Both the position numbers and the translations under genes were made by a program. A stretch of DNA of 64,000 nt from Camelus ferus (lineage: Eukaryota), in assembly GCF_009834535.1 (NCBI RefSeq), contig NC_045698.1:14138001-14202000 (forward strand). Reading direction: 5' to 3'. Below the pieces are notes generated by a model. That model searched no databases and was not told the origin of the DNA. It saw only the letters and a list, made by a program, of their open reading frames with translations. Below are positions 63,086-64,000 of this stretch, piece by piece (positions within the stretch are counted from its first letter, which is position 1; every line of letters begins with the position of its first letter).

Positions 63086-64000
63086 CATTTTTATTAATAT
63101 ACTGGACAAACCCTTGGAAATTTTATTTTGGTATTTGACAATAACTTTCTCTAATTACAAATCAACACATTATACTTTAAAAGTAGATATTTTACTACAT
63201 TCTTATGCAACTACTTTTTAACTGTTTATCCTTTAAGAAAGAAGAAATTATTTCAATAATTTTATAAATTTAAATTTATAACAGAAGAAAATATATAATC
63301 ATACATTTTCATTTTCGTTTATTATCTTTTCTGTTCACTCATTCCAAGAAATCTTTACCTTAACATGAGCCAAACTAATTATCTTTCAATTTATCTACTT
63401 ATATTTGAATCCCCTACATTAATTGCATCAGAAGCAAAGTGAGCTTTTAAGAATAAATCTTAAATCTGTTGTGGTTTCAGAAAGTCTGGACTTCTCACTG
63501 AATCTGGAACAAATATTCAGGTATGAAGTGGTATGTATTTAAAATATATTCAATAGAATAGAAATCACATAAAAAGTGTTAAAATATCTATGAAACCTAA
63601 ATTCAGAATACATTTCCTGATAGAATTTGAAATACTAGATGCAGATAATTTATAAATAAAATGTTAGACTAAAAATAAAACAGTGTTGATATTTTCTATA
63701 GTTAATATTATGACATTATGTAGAATAAATTGTAACTGCTCATTATCTTTCAATCACCGAATAAGGTACTTTTTCACATATTGTGTTTAAAGCATAAAAT
63801 GATGGAGTTATAGATCCCAGTATCTCAATCAAAAGCCAAATAAATAACATATGAACTATTAAAGGAATAATTAGTCTGTCTCAGAATAACATCATGACAC
63901 TCTAATTTTTTACCACATGTATCATTGTCTTGCAACTAGTTTTCCTGATTAACCAAAATATGGACATTAAGCCAGTACAGTATTAATTCAGCTCCAGTTC

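Noticed and set aside
1..64000. A novel multi-gene biological system among the remaining short ORFs
   Set aside because: The 60-115 aa ORFs have the length and composition expected by chance in AT-rich intron and repeat DNA. None shows a recognisable domain, splice-supported structure or clustering.

Overview
This is AT-rich, CpG-depleted mammalian genomic DNA, not prokaryotic. It has no operons, CRISPR arrays, rRNA or true tRNA genes. The only protein-coding signal is one minus-strand exon (11036->10554), the first coding exon of the type II cadherin CDH18. It holds 255 nt of 5'UTR and 76 codons (signal peptide, short pro-peptide, RPKR furin site, start of EC1 GWVWNQFFV), bounded by canonical AG/GT splice sites. 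The rest appears to be intronic and is filled with transposon relics (L1, L2, MIR, MaLR/ERV LTRs, hAT and Tigger elements) and microsatellites. A tRNA-Ala-derived Vic-1-like SINE and the young L1 3' ends suggest a camelid. I see no evidence of a new multi-gene biological system. The best leads are (i) six closely spaced uORFs in the CDH18 5'UTR, (ii) an L1 whose 5' end is joined directly to distal ORF2, (iii) a two-LTR ancient MaLR provirus, (iv) a nested inverted-repeat microsatellite, and (v) a compact GC-box/TGACGTGG/G4 motif cluster. Repeat family names come from recall of consensus sequences, not a database search, and repeat boundaries are approximate unless a TSD is given.
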